Made by a program: the position numbers and the translations under genes. Of a DNA stretch of 64,000 nt, positions 1 to 8,864 are shown piece by piece. The stretch is from Planctomycetota bacterium. Lineage in GTDB: Bacteria; Planctomycetota; SZUA-567; H5-PLA8. The stretch spans positions 32,001 through 96,000 of the forward strand of contig JBBRPR010000001.1 of NCBI GenBank assembly GCA_038227875.1. The letters run 5' to 3'. Under the pieces are notes generated by a model that was not told where the DNA came from, made no database searches, and worked only from the letters and a program-made list of their open reading frames with translations. The number at the start of each line of letters is the position of its first letter. The first letter of the stretch is position 1.

Positions 1-1
1 C

Positions 2-3000
2 GCCGACCGCGCGGAAGTGATCGCGCCGTACTCCGGACATTCGACGCCCGAACAGTGGACGGCGCTGATCGTCAAAAATCCCGCGCCGTTCAAGGCAACG
101 CCGCAGATCCGCGCGCTGAACCTGCTGGTGCAAGCGCCGACGCCGGAGCTCTACAAGAAGCTTGGTGAAGTGCTGCAGGGCGTGCCGTCGTACTCCGCGG
201 CGATCATCAACACCATCAACGCCGGCAATCTGGACATGGACGCAGCCAGCGCCTACATCCTCAAGAATGAAACGTGGCACGCGAACAATCCCAACGAAAT
301 CATGAGCTGGCTGCGCAACAATGTCTGGGGAACGATCAATTCGTTCGCGCAGGTGGCGAAAAAGCCCTTCGCTGGCGATTACAACGACCGGTTCTATTCG
401 CGGGTCGGCGCGGAACTGGTTGCGTCGACGCCCGTGGCGTATTCGGACCTGGGACAGACCGGCGAATACCTGCGCGTTTCGTGGTATTACTCCGGCAAGG
501 ACGCCAACGATCATTCCAAATTCGCGGAGGTGATTCGCAGCCTCGATTGGGTGCCGTATTCCGCGCAGCAGCGGCAGCAGGTCTTCACGCCGGCGCTGAA
601 CGAATTCCGGCGCTGGTCGGAAGAAGTGAAGAAGGACGCCAAGCGCCTGGCCGAAAATAAGGCCGTGATGGATGAGATCGAAAAAGCGCTGACGCTGGCG
701 ATGTCGGATCACAAAGGCGATCCGAAAAAGGCGCCCAATGCGCTGTGCAAGGCGCTCAGCGGCTTGGGGCTGGCGATTCAGGCCAAGGACAAGGAAGCGT
801 ACACGGTTGCGGCGCGCGAACTGTACGCGCAGGTCAAGGAGTACAACGCGGCGCACACGCCGTGGGGCAAGTACATCTACGACACCATTCTCGAGAACCG
901 CCTGGAGCAATTCGACACGTGGGATTTTCAGTGCGAAGTGCTCGCCGATCAACTCACGCGCTCCGACACGCCCGCGGCTCAGGAACGGATTGTCGAGTGG
1001 AGCCACCGCGTCACCCACCGCCCGAACTGGCAGTGGTGGAACTGGAACTGGTGGCAGGCGACGCAGGTGGACGCCGACAAGGCGCGCAAGCTGCGGGGCA
1101 TCGTGGAGAAGACGATTCTCGAGCAGGCCGACAAGGGGACTCTCTGGACGGAGCTCGTGACGCTCTATCGCTCGACGCGCCAGGGACCCGGCTGGAACGA
1201 CGCCGACAGCGGACACACGGTGCTGGAAAAACTGATCACGACGAAGACGTTCTTCAAATCGCATTACCGCGAAGAGCCGTGGGTGAAATCGGACACCTCG
1301 TCGTATCCATGGCTGATCCAGCGCGAGTTTCAGAAGCAGGACGCGAAGTTTCCGGTCGGCACGTACTTCGACGACATGTACGTGGAGGAAGAGACCGCCG
1401 CGAAGTACATGGATTTTTCGTACTTCAATTTCGGCCGCGACGAGAAGAAGCGCATCCGCAACATGGCGGCGGGATTCTTCAAGGATTTCGAACGACTGCC
1501 ATTCGGGTATTCAGACAAGGCGCCCCAGTACACGCAGGATGAATTCTGGCGCTGGCACTACCAGATCCTGGAAGCCGAGCCGGCGTTGCGCGACGCGTTT
1601 ATTGCTCAAGAGGAAACGTACTACGGAAAGTCGCGCTACGACGACTTCGCCGCGGGACGCGGTTATTTCAGCCACCAGTGGCGCATCGAAAACCCCGAGA
1701 CGCGGAAGAAGTTCTTCGAACGGCTGGGGCAGTTCGTGGAACACATCAAGGATTCCGGAGACCGCGGCGGATTCTCGCCGGAGCGCACAATGGCCGGTCA
1801 ACTTCCGCCCATGCACGCGCTCTCACAGATGGGCGGGAAATTTTCCAAGGAAGAGCTGGATGCGCTGACGGGCCTCTTTCCGCAGTGCGTGCCGCTTCAC
1901 TGGTACGGCGGCTACAGCTACGAATGGTTGCTCACCGCCACGATTGAAGGACTGCTCGAGAAAAAGCGCGAAAACGAATTGATGCCGATCGCCGGGCATC
2001 TCTGGAAGATCTCGCTGGACACCGGCAACACCGACTACCAGCGCAAGATGGCGCAGTATACGGTGAAATTCTCAGAAGAGAAACATACTGAGTTGGCGAC
2101 GGTGTTCGCGATCGCGGGGCTGGAAGTGATGGGCGAAAAACTTCCTGAAGACGCGCGCGCGTCGCTGCAGGCGATCCGCAGCAAGGGGCTCGGTGCGCTG
2201 GGACACGAGATTCCCGTCGCGGCCAACGACCCACGCTACCCGATCTTTTTCGCGCAGAGCGAATTCCAGAATGGCAAGCAACCCAGCGCGTGGGAGACGT
2301 ACCAGGCCAATCCGGCGCTGGTGACCTCGTCGTACAAGGAACTGGATATTGGCTTCCTGCTCTGGCTGCTGGCGCGCAACACCGATGCCGGGCAGTTCGA
2401 CCGCGCCGATGCACTGGCTCACGCTTTAATTCCGTGGGTGGAAGGCAGTCCCGCCGCGTTTGAACCCGATGCGCGCGGCCGGTTGATGCTCTATTACGGC
2501 GACATTTCCTACGCACGAAAAAATTTCCCACGCGCGCGCAAGGATTACGAACGCGTCACGGCAAGCAAGGAATATGAAGGCACGCTGGCGCAGCGCGAAG
2601 CGGAACTGCGCATCGCGGAAGTGGATCGCGCCGTGAAGGACTACGATGCGGCGCTGCAGCGCCTGGACCGCCTGGCCAAGCGCCACGACGTGTACCTCGA
2701 GACGGAAGCCAACTACCAGATGGCACTGGTGAAGTTCGACCAGGCCGACTACGAGGGCGCACAGCGCTACCTGGAAGAAGTTTTCGCGCACACGCCCGAA
2801 CATGAAAAGGGCCGCCTGCTCGAAGCCGATGTGAATTTGAAGCGCGAGCAGCCTGACAAAGCGACAAACATCAAGGGCGGTATGACGCAGGAACAGAAGC
2901 TGCTGATTCCCGGCACGCCGCTACGCGTCAACTTGAAGGATACGAATCTTTCGGTGGTCGGAAATTCATCGCGCATCGAAGTGCGCGTCTGGACGGATTC

Positions 3001-6000
3001 CGGCGACAGCGAAACCATCAATCTGCTGCCGACAGACACGAAAACACAATTCGAAGGCGAAATCACCACCACGATGGGTCCGGTGAAGAAAGACGACCAC
3101 CAGCTGCAGGTGCTGGGCGGCGACAAAGTTCACTACGATTACTCGGAAAAGTTCAAAGAGGAACACAAGATCGCGCGCAACGAACCAGTAACATTGGAAG
3201 TGGCCTCGAACTCGCAGTTGATCGTCTCGTCGGGAAAAATTCTGACCAAGGAAGAGCAGCAGGACCTGGAGGCCGAGCGCCAGATCCGGCAGAGCCTGAA
3301 AGGTGACGACGCGCAGACGACGCTGAGCACCACGCGCGCCGAGGACCAGATCAAGCCGGGCAATAAGATCAACGTGCGTGTGATCGACTTCGACCGCAAC
3401 ATCAGCGCGGAAAAAGACACTGTGATGGTACGCGCGACGGCTTCCAGCGGCGACGTGATCGAAGCGTTCCCTCTGGTGGAGACCGATACGCACTCTGGAA
3501 TTTTTGAGGGTGAAATACCAACGGCGCCCGGCCATCCAATGGCGACAGCCTCGGATTCAGGAGAAGGCCGCGAACCGAACAACGTGATCTCCAGCGTGGA
3601 CCGTCCGGCGTGGATCGCGCAGTCCGACGGCCGCCGCCCGAAGATCTTCACCGTGAATTTAAACGACAACGTGAAGATGCAGAGCTTGAATATTCTTGCC
3701 GACGTTCCCGACCGCAAACTGAAGGCGTTTGCCGTCGAGACGTCGATGAACGGCACCGACTATTCGGCAGTCGGTATCTGGCCCGATCAACTCGCGCCGT
3801 GGGACGGCGCGCTGACGTGCGAGCTGATGAAGTGTCCGGAGGGTCCGGCGCGGTTGCAGGACGCGGTCTCGTACGCCGATGGCGGGTACCAGCGGACCGG
3901 CGCGCCGAAAGTGACACTGCCGATGAAGACCTTCGGCATCAGCCTCGACAATCAGCTCAACGGCAACGCCGACAAGATCAAACTGACGTGGCAGGAATCA
4001 ACTGCGTGGTACCTGCTGCACATGCACGGCGCGTTCTATCTTCCCAAGCGTGAACTGAAAACGTTCACGCTCGACAACAAGAAAAAGTTCAACGAGATGC
4101 GCTACTTCTTCGCTGTCGACGGTGTGGCCGCGCCGGCGAACAACGCACTGGAGATCAAGCGCGAACTGGCGAAGGGCGTGCACCGCGTTGACGTGTATGT
4201 CTGGTCGCACCGCCACACAGGCGTGACGTTCGACGTGCAGACGACGTCCTCGGAGGACGGGACGCCGGCGGTCTGCAGCGCCGAAATGTTTGACCCGGTC
4301 AAGCAGCCGGCGATCAAGGAAGCCTGCTGGGTCGAACCGGCGCAGGTGAAAGCCGGCGCGGAGAACACATCGTTCGACGTCAGCTTCGCCAAGGGCGCGC
4401 ACGCGCGGTTTTTGCGGCTGGTCATCGCCGACTACGAAAAGGACGCGCCGGGCCTCCATAAGCTCAAGCTGGTCGACACTGAAAATCAGACCGTGCTGCC
4501 GACGAAGGACGACTTCATGGCGCTGCGCGAAAACAAGACGCTGGAAATTCTACCCGGCGACAAGATCACCGTGACGTACCGAGATCCTGTTGTGGTGACG
4601 AAGGGACAGGAAGTGCAGGAACGCTTCATGACCGCGACGTTCTACAATGCGAAGCTCAGCGCTTGCTTGGTGGAATATGTGCCGACTGCGCGCGGAGACA
4701 AACTTCCGAAGTACATCCCGCTGCGCCGCTTCATTCCCGGCGACCCGGGCGATCCCAATCACACCGGCGTCAACAATGTCTTCGTCTTCATCAACGATCC
4801 CGACGAAGACACAACTGATGCGCCCGACAAGATCAAGTTCAGGGCCGTGGCCGGAAAATCGACGCTGGAATTGGAAGCGACGGAGACCGAACCGCATTCG
4901 GGCGTGTTCGTCGGCAACATTTATCCCGTTACCGGCGCGCCCAAGCGGCCCAACGAGATCACCGTCGGTCCCGATGACGACATCACCATTCATTACATGG
5001 ATAAAGAAAACACCGATCCGGGTGTGCCGTGGGACCGGATGTTCGTGGTCGAGCAGTCGTTCTCGCAGGCTCCGAAGCTCGCAATATTCGATGTCGACCC
5101 TCAGGCGTTGACGCCGGAAGAACTGAAAGTCGCCAAAGCTGCCGACGAGATGAATCGCCGCGTGACGGAATACGTGCCGATAACCTCGAAGCTCGTCGCC
5201 CACCGACCCACGCAGAAGGCCGACGACAAAACTCCGCTGCCGCCCTCGAACTTGATCTCCGATGGTCCGCTGGTGGTGGAACTCACGTATCCAGCGCTGG
5301 CGCGGTCGCCGATCAGCGAAGCGACGATTTACGTTCAATCCGCCTCGGGCCGCGAGAAGGCAGGCAAGCCGATTGAGCCCGGCAGCTTCGACGAGACCGT
5401 TCCAGGCACGTTGAAACTCACCCGGCGCCCGGAGGCTATCCACTGGCGCATCGAGCCGCCCGCGGGCTACCAGGAAGTTTTTATCCGCGATCAGCGCAGC
5501 AACGACGAACTGCTCAGCGACGGCAAGTTCATCTTTCACATCCCGCTGGAACTGGCGGAAGTCCCGGCCGAATCGCTGGTGGGCTACGTTCAGCCCGACA
5601 ACATCAATGCCAAACCGCTGACGCTCTCGGTGCGCGGCAATGACTCCGTGTTCGTCGGCTTCAAATACACGGAGGCCGGAGCCACGAAGTGGTCCGTGCA
5701 GGAAGCGCACCTCAAGAGCGAGCCGCGCTTCCACGTGATGAACAACCGCTACCAGGAAGTGCTCAGCGGAGCCCACGTCGGCGACAACCTGTACCTTCGC
5801 GTCATTCACAAAACGATGGACACCTCCAACGCACGCAACTCCGTGACGGTGCAGTTCGAAACCAGGACCGGGAAGAAGCAGAGCGTGACCCTGGCCGAGA
5901 CGCTCAATCACAGCGGCGTGTTCAAAGGCACGATCAAGCTGGCGTACGTGGGCGATAAGGAAGGCGCGCAGGAGGCCGGTACGTTGCCGGTCGATTACGG

Positions 6001-7033
6001 CGACAGCATCACCGCGACGTACGTCGTTGAAGGCGCGAAGGAACCGCTGACCAGCGTGCTGGAAGTGTACAAAGGTTCCGACGGCAAAGTCATTCCGTTC
6101 ACGCGTCGCTTTAAGGACATGAGCCTGGCGGTGCAGACTCAGTTCACGATTGCCGAATCGTACTTTGAACTGGCCAAGCAGCACCGGGGACTCAACCAGC
6201 CGGAGCAGGCGCGGCTGGAAATGGCGGAAGGCAAGAAGTTGCTCGAAGAAGCGATTCGCGATTTCCCGCGCGACGATTCAAAAGTCGAAGCCGAATACCT
6301 GCTGGCGGAATTGTCGCTCGAAGTCGCCGACGACGCGGCCGACGAGGACGCGAAGAAAAAGAGTTACACCGAGGCGCAGATACGCTTCAGTGAAATTGTG
6401 TCCGCGTACCCCACCAGCACGCGCGCGCCGCTGGCGCAGTTCAAGAAGGCGCTGATTTACGAAAAGCTGGGGATGATGGACCAAGCCTGCGAAGAGTATG
6501 TGAAACTTTCCTGCCGTTACCCGCACGACGACCTGGTCTGCGACACCATTGCGCGCCTGGGTGAGTACTTCCGCAAGAAGGCTGAAGATTTCGAAAAGCA
6601 GTCGACTGCCGAGCAGGATGCGGTGAAGGCCGAGAAGCTCCACCGGCAGGCTAAGGACACGTACGTCACTGCCGGCGAAGTGTTTTCCCGTCTGAGCGTG
6701 CGCAACCCGGCGCATCGCCTGGCGCTGAAGACCATGCTGCTCTCCGGGCATTGCTACCGGTTGTCGGAACACTGGGACAAGGCGATCGCGCAGTACAAGC
6801 TGGTGATCGACAACACCAATAAGGACCGTGAGTTGATTCCGGCGGCGATGTATTACACCGGCACTTGCTACATGGCGAAGCGCGATGAAAAGTCGGACGA
6901 ATCCGCGTACCACGCTTTCCACAATCTGATCTACGAGTACGCCGGCACCGATTGGGTCAAGAAGGCCAAGGGCCTGATGTACGAAGAGCGAATGATAGAA
7001 GCGGAAAAGAGAGACCAGAAGAACAGTCACTAG
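2..7033 (+). CDS. Giant TPR / Ig-like-repeat protein with discoidin- and PA14-like inserts (5' truncated, >2340 aa)
   Basis: Frame is open from position 2 (GCC GAC CGC GCG GAA GTG), so the gene starts left of the window. TPR-like helices lie at about nt 2350-2850 (e.g. ANYQMALVKFDQADYEGAQRYLEEV) and nt 6140-7000 (AQFKKALIYEKLG, AMYYTGTCYM). Recurrent ET-x2-HSG-[IV]-F-x-G-x-I beta repeats lie between. Confidence 0.85.
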   Translation, partial: ADRAEVIAPYSGHSTPEQWTALIVKNPAPFKATPQIRALNLLVQAPTPELYKKLGEVLQGVPSYSAAIINTINAGNLDMDAASAYILKNETWHANNPNEIMSWLRNNVWGTINSFAQVAKKPFAGDYNDRFYSRVGAELVASTPVAYSDLGQTGEYLRVSWYYSGKDANDHSKFAEVIRSLDWVPYSAQQRQQVFTPALNEFRRWSEEVKKDAKRLAENKAVMDEIEKALTLAMSDHKGDPKKAPNALCKALSGLGLAIQAKDKEAYTVAARELYAQVKEYNAAHTPWGKYIYDTILENRLEQFDTWDFQCEVLADQLTRSDTPAAQERIVEWSHRVTHRPNWQWWNWNWWQATQVDADKARKLRGIVEKTILEQADKGTLWTELVTLYRSTRQGPGWNDADSGHTVLEKLITTKTFFKSHYREEPWVKSDTSSYPWLIQREFQKQDAKFPVGTYFDDMYVEEETAAKYMDFSYFNFGRDEKKRIRNMAAGFFKDFERLPFGYSDKAPQYTQDEFWRWHYQILEAEPALRDAFIAQEETYYGKSRYDDFAAGRGYFSHQWRIENPETRKKFFERLGQFVEHIKDSGDRGGFSPERTMAGQLPPMHALSQMGGKFSKEELDALTGLFPQCVPLHWYGGYSYEWLLTATIEGLLEKKRENELMPIAGHLWKISLDTGNTDYQRKMAQYTVKFSEEKHTELATVFAIAGLEVMGEKLPEDARASLQAIRSKGLGALGHEIPVAANDPRYPIFFAQSEFQNGKQPSAWETYQANPALVTSSYKELDIGFLLWLLARNTDAGQFDRADALAHALIPWVEGSPAAFEPDARGRLMLYYGDISYARKNFPRARKDYERVTASKEYEGTLAQREAELRIAEVDRAVKDYDAALQRLDRLAKRHDVYLETEANYQMALVKFDQADYEGAQRYLEEVFAHTPEHEKGRLLEADVNLKREQPDKATNIKGGMTQEQKLLIPGTPLRVNLKDTNLSVVGNSSRIEVRVWTDSGDSETINLLPTDTKTQFEGEITTTMGPVKKDDHQLQVLGGDKVHYDYSEKFKEEHKIARNEPVTLEVASNSQLIVSSGKILTKEEQQDLEAERQIRQSLKGDDAQTTLSTTRAEDQIKPGNKINVRVIDFDRNISAEKDTVMVRATASSGDVIEAFPLVETDTHSGIFEGEIPTAPGHPMATASDSGEGREPNNVISSVDRPAWIAQSDGRRPKIFTVNLNDNVKMQSLNILADVPDRKLKAFAVETSMNGTDYSAVGIWPDQLAPWDGALTCELMKCPEGPARLQDAVSYADGGYQRTGAPKVTLPMKTFGISLDNQLNGNADKIKLTWQESTAWYLLHMHGAFYLPKRELKTFTLDNKKKFNEMRYFFAVDGVAAPANNALEIKRELAKGVHRVDVYVWSHRHTGVTFDVQTTSSEDGTPAVCSAEMFDPVKQPAIKEACWVEPAQVKAGAENTSFDVSFAKGAHARFLRLVIADYEKDAPGLHKLKLVDTENQTVLPTKDDFMALRENKTLEILPGDKITVTYRDPVVVTKGQEVQERFMTATFYNAKLSACLVEYVPTARGDKLPKYIPLRRFIPGDPGDPNHTGVNNVFVFINDPDEDTTDAPDKIKFRAVAGKSTLELEATETEPHSGVFVGNIYPVTGAPKRPNEITVGPDDDITIHYMDKENTDPGVPWDRMFVVEQSFSQAPKLAIFDVDPQALTPEELKVAKAADEMNRRVTEYVPITSKLVAHRPTQKADDKTPLPPSNLISDGPLVVELTYPALARSPISEATIYVQSASGREKAGKPIEPGSFDETVPGTLKLTRRPEAIHWRIEPPAGYQEVFIRDQRSNDELLSDGKFIFHIPLELAEVPAESLVGYVQPDNINAKPLTLSVRGNDSVFVGFKYTEAGATKWSVQEAHLKSEPRFHVMNNRYQEVLSGAHVGDNLYLRVIHKTMDTSNARNSVTVQFETRTGKKQSVTLAETLNHSGVFKGTIKLAYVGDKEGAQEAGTLPVDYGDSITATYVVEGAKEPLTSVLEVYKGSDGKVIPFTRRFKDMSLAVQTQFTIAESYFELAKQHRGLNQPEQARLEMAEGKKLLEEAIRDFPRDDSKVEAEYLLAELSLEVADDAADEDAKKKSYTEAQIRFSEIVSAYPTSTRAPLAQFKKALIYEKLGMMDQACEEYVKLSCRYPHDDLVCDTIARLGEYFRKKAEDFEKQSTAEQDAVKAEKLHRQAKDTYVTAGEVFSRLSVRNPAHRLALKTMLLSGHCYRLSEHWDKAIAQYKLVIDNTNKDRELIPAAMYYTGTCYMAKRDEKSDESAYHAFHNLIYEYAGTDWVKKAKGLMYEERMIEAEKRDQKNSH

Positions 7034-7056
7034 AGCAGGGATTTGAGGAGGACGGC

Positions 7057-8034
7057 ATGGACACACTGTGGCCCATGGTTGTGGGTGCGGGAACTGTCGA
7101 GAAAATCATTCTCGTGCTGCTGGGCGTGCTCTCGGTGGTGCTGTGGAGCACGGTGATTCTGAAAGTTCCAGAGATCCTCGCCGCGAAGCGCAACGGCGCA
7201 CGCTTTCTCGAGAAATTCCGCGAAGCCAGCGACTTTGGCGAAGTGAAGGCGCTGGAATTTCAGGGCGACTGCATCCACCACGAAGTCTTCAAGTCGGCGC
7301 TCGCGGCGTTGAACGGCAAGCCGCCGTCGAAGCAGCCGGTCGGAACAAGCGACCCGGAGCGCTTCAGGATCGCGCCCGACAGTTCCACCGAAGAGATCGT
7401 GTTGCTGAGCATGCAGCACACCAGCGCGGCGTATCTGCTTCACCTTCAGCGCGGGATCAGCATGCTGGCGACGATCGGCAGCACGACGCCGTTCATCGGG
7501 TTGTTCGGCACGGTGATCGGCATCATGAGCACCTTCCACGCGCTCGGCGCGGTGAAATCGCCGAGCATGCAGGTCGTGGCGCCGGGCATCTCCGGCGCGC
7601 TGATCGCCACGGCGGCCGGACTGGCCGTCGCGATTCCTGCGGTGATCGTGTGCAACTGGTTCTCGTCGCAGATCGGAATGATTCAGGAAAGCGTCGACGC
7701 GTTCATTGAAAAGATGATGGCACTGGTCCGCGCCAACTGCGAAGCAAAGGCGGAAGCCGCGGAGGCAAAAGCTCCCGCGGTCCGCGAAACGCCGGCCGCG
7801 CCGAAGGTACTCAAGCCGCACAGTGATGTCGCCGCGCCGAAAGTGCGCACCGACGTTCCGGTGGCGGTTCCACGGCGCGTCACCGCGCCACGGCCCGACG
7901 CGGCACTGGCGGTGGAGAAGGACGTCAGCGACACGCCGAGCACCAAACGCCCGGGCGCAAAAATGTCAGACGATCTGTTGAGCGAAAAATCGCACGTGGA
8001 ATTGGCTGTCGGTAAAAGGATGCCCAAAACATGA
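7057..8034 (+). CDS. MotA/TolQ/ExbB proton channel protein with Pro/Ala-rich C-terminal tail
   Basis: GAGGAG RBS before ATG 7057. N-terminal TM, then family motifs LATIGSTTPFIGLFGTVIGIM and VAPGISGALIATAAGLAVAIPA. Confidence 0.93.
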   Translation: MDTLWPMVVGAGTVEKIILVLLGVLSVVLWSTVILKVPEILAAKRNGARFLEKFREASDFGEVKALEFQGDCIHHEVFKSALAALNGKPPSKQPVGTSDPERFRIAPDSSTEEIVLLSMQHTSAAYLLHLQRGISMLATIGSTTPFIGLFGTVIGIMSTFHALGAVKSPSMQVVAPGISGALIATAAGLAVAIPAVIVCNWFSSQIGMIQESVDAFIEKMMALVRANCEAKAEAAEAKAPAVRETPAAPKVLKPHSDVAAPKVRTDVPVAVPRRVTAPRPDAALAVEKDVSDTPSTKRPGAKMSDDLLSEKSHVELAVGKRMPKT

Positions 8035-8462
8035 GCATGAGCGTCAGCGCAGGCCCGGCGAAAAAGGGCAAGAAGAAATTCCACGCACCCACGCCTGAAA
8101 TCAACGTGACGCCGCTGGTCGACGTCATGCTCGTGCTGCTGATCATCTTCATGATCACCGTTCAAGCAGCGAAGGATTCGATTCCTGTCGAACTTCCCGA
8201 TGCGGTGGGAACTCCGGAGGCGGGCGATAAGACGCCGCTGGAAGTCACGCTCGATGCGCGCGGCGATATTCATATCGGGAACCAGACGTTCGGCCTGGAA
8301 GTCGTCGAACAGGAATTGCCACGCCTGCTGAAAGGCCACGAAAAACAGGGCGTGACGCTCAGCGCCCACAAGAAGATGCCGTACGAATCAGTGGTAAAAG
8401 TGGTCTCGGCCATTCGCGAAGCTGGTGTGGAGACGGTCAACCTGGCGGTGGAAGGTCAGTGA
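8031..8462 (+). CDS. ExbD/TolR biopolymer transport protein
   Basis: EINVTPLVDVMLVLLIIFMIT with the conserved TM Asp, and C-terminal YESVVKVVSAIREAGVETVNLAVE. ATGA overlap with the exbB-like gene. Confidence 0.95.
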   Translation: MSMSVSAGPAKKGKKKFHAPTPEINVTPLVDVMLVLLIIFMITVQAAKDSIPVELPDAVGTPEAGDKTPLEVTLDARGDIHIGNQTFGLEVVEQELPRLLKGHEKQGVTLSAHKKMPYESVVKVVSAIREAGVETVNLAVEGQ

Positions 8463-8854
8463 AATCCAAGGAGCTGGACATGATCGATTCGGCAGATTCC
8501 AAAACGCGTCCGATTTCGCATGGGTATCCGCTGCCGCGTGTGCTGCTGGCGGTGGGCATCGCCGTGGTTGTTCACGGTGCCCTGGTCGGTGCGTCGGTGA
8601 TGAGCGCGTCGGGCAAAGCGCCAGAAACTCCGGCGGCGAACGTGAAGCCCGGCCCTGCAGACGCGAAATCCAAACCCGCTGCCGATTCCACGGGACCGGC
8701 CACAACCTCGGAAGAAAAGCCGCCCGCGACGGCCGATAAGCTCTCCGTGGATGGACCGGCAGACCCGAAACCTCCGGCGACGGAGAACGAACCCAAGAAG
8801 ACTCCCGAAAAATCCAACGATTCGCTGGATGAACTGAAACTGGACACGAAGTAA
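8459..8854 (+). CDS. Small single-TM protein with Pro/Ala/Lys-rich tail (mini TonB/TolA-like)
   Basis: GTGA overlap with exbD-like gene. TM LLAVGIAVVVHGALVGASVM contains a His, followed by a low-complexity P/A/K/E tail. Confidence 0.6.
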   Translation: MKSKELDMIDSADSKTRPISHGYPLPRVLLAVGIAVVVHGALVGASVMSASGKAPETPAANVKPGPADAKSKPAADSTGPATTSEEKPPATADKLSVDGPADPKPPATENEPKKTPEKSNDSLDELKLDTK

Positions 8855-8864
8855 GGGCGTCACT

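Noticed and set aside
7057..8462. Canonical tolQR or exbBD gene symbols
   Set aside because: The family is clear, but without tolA/tolB/pal or tonB/TBDR neighbours the orthology cannot be assigned.
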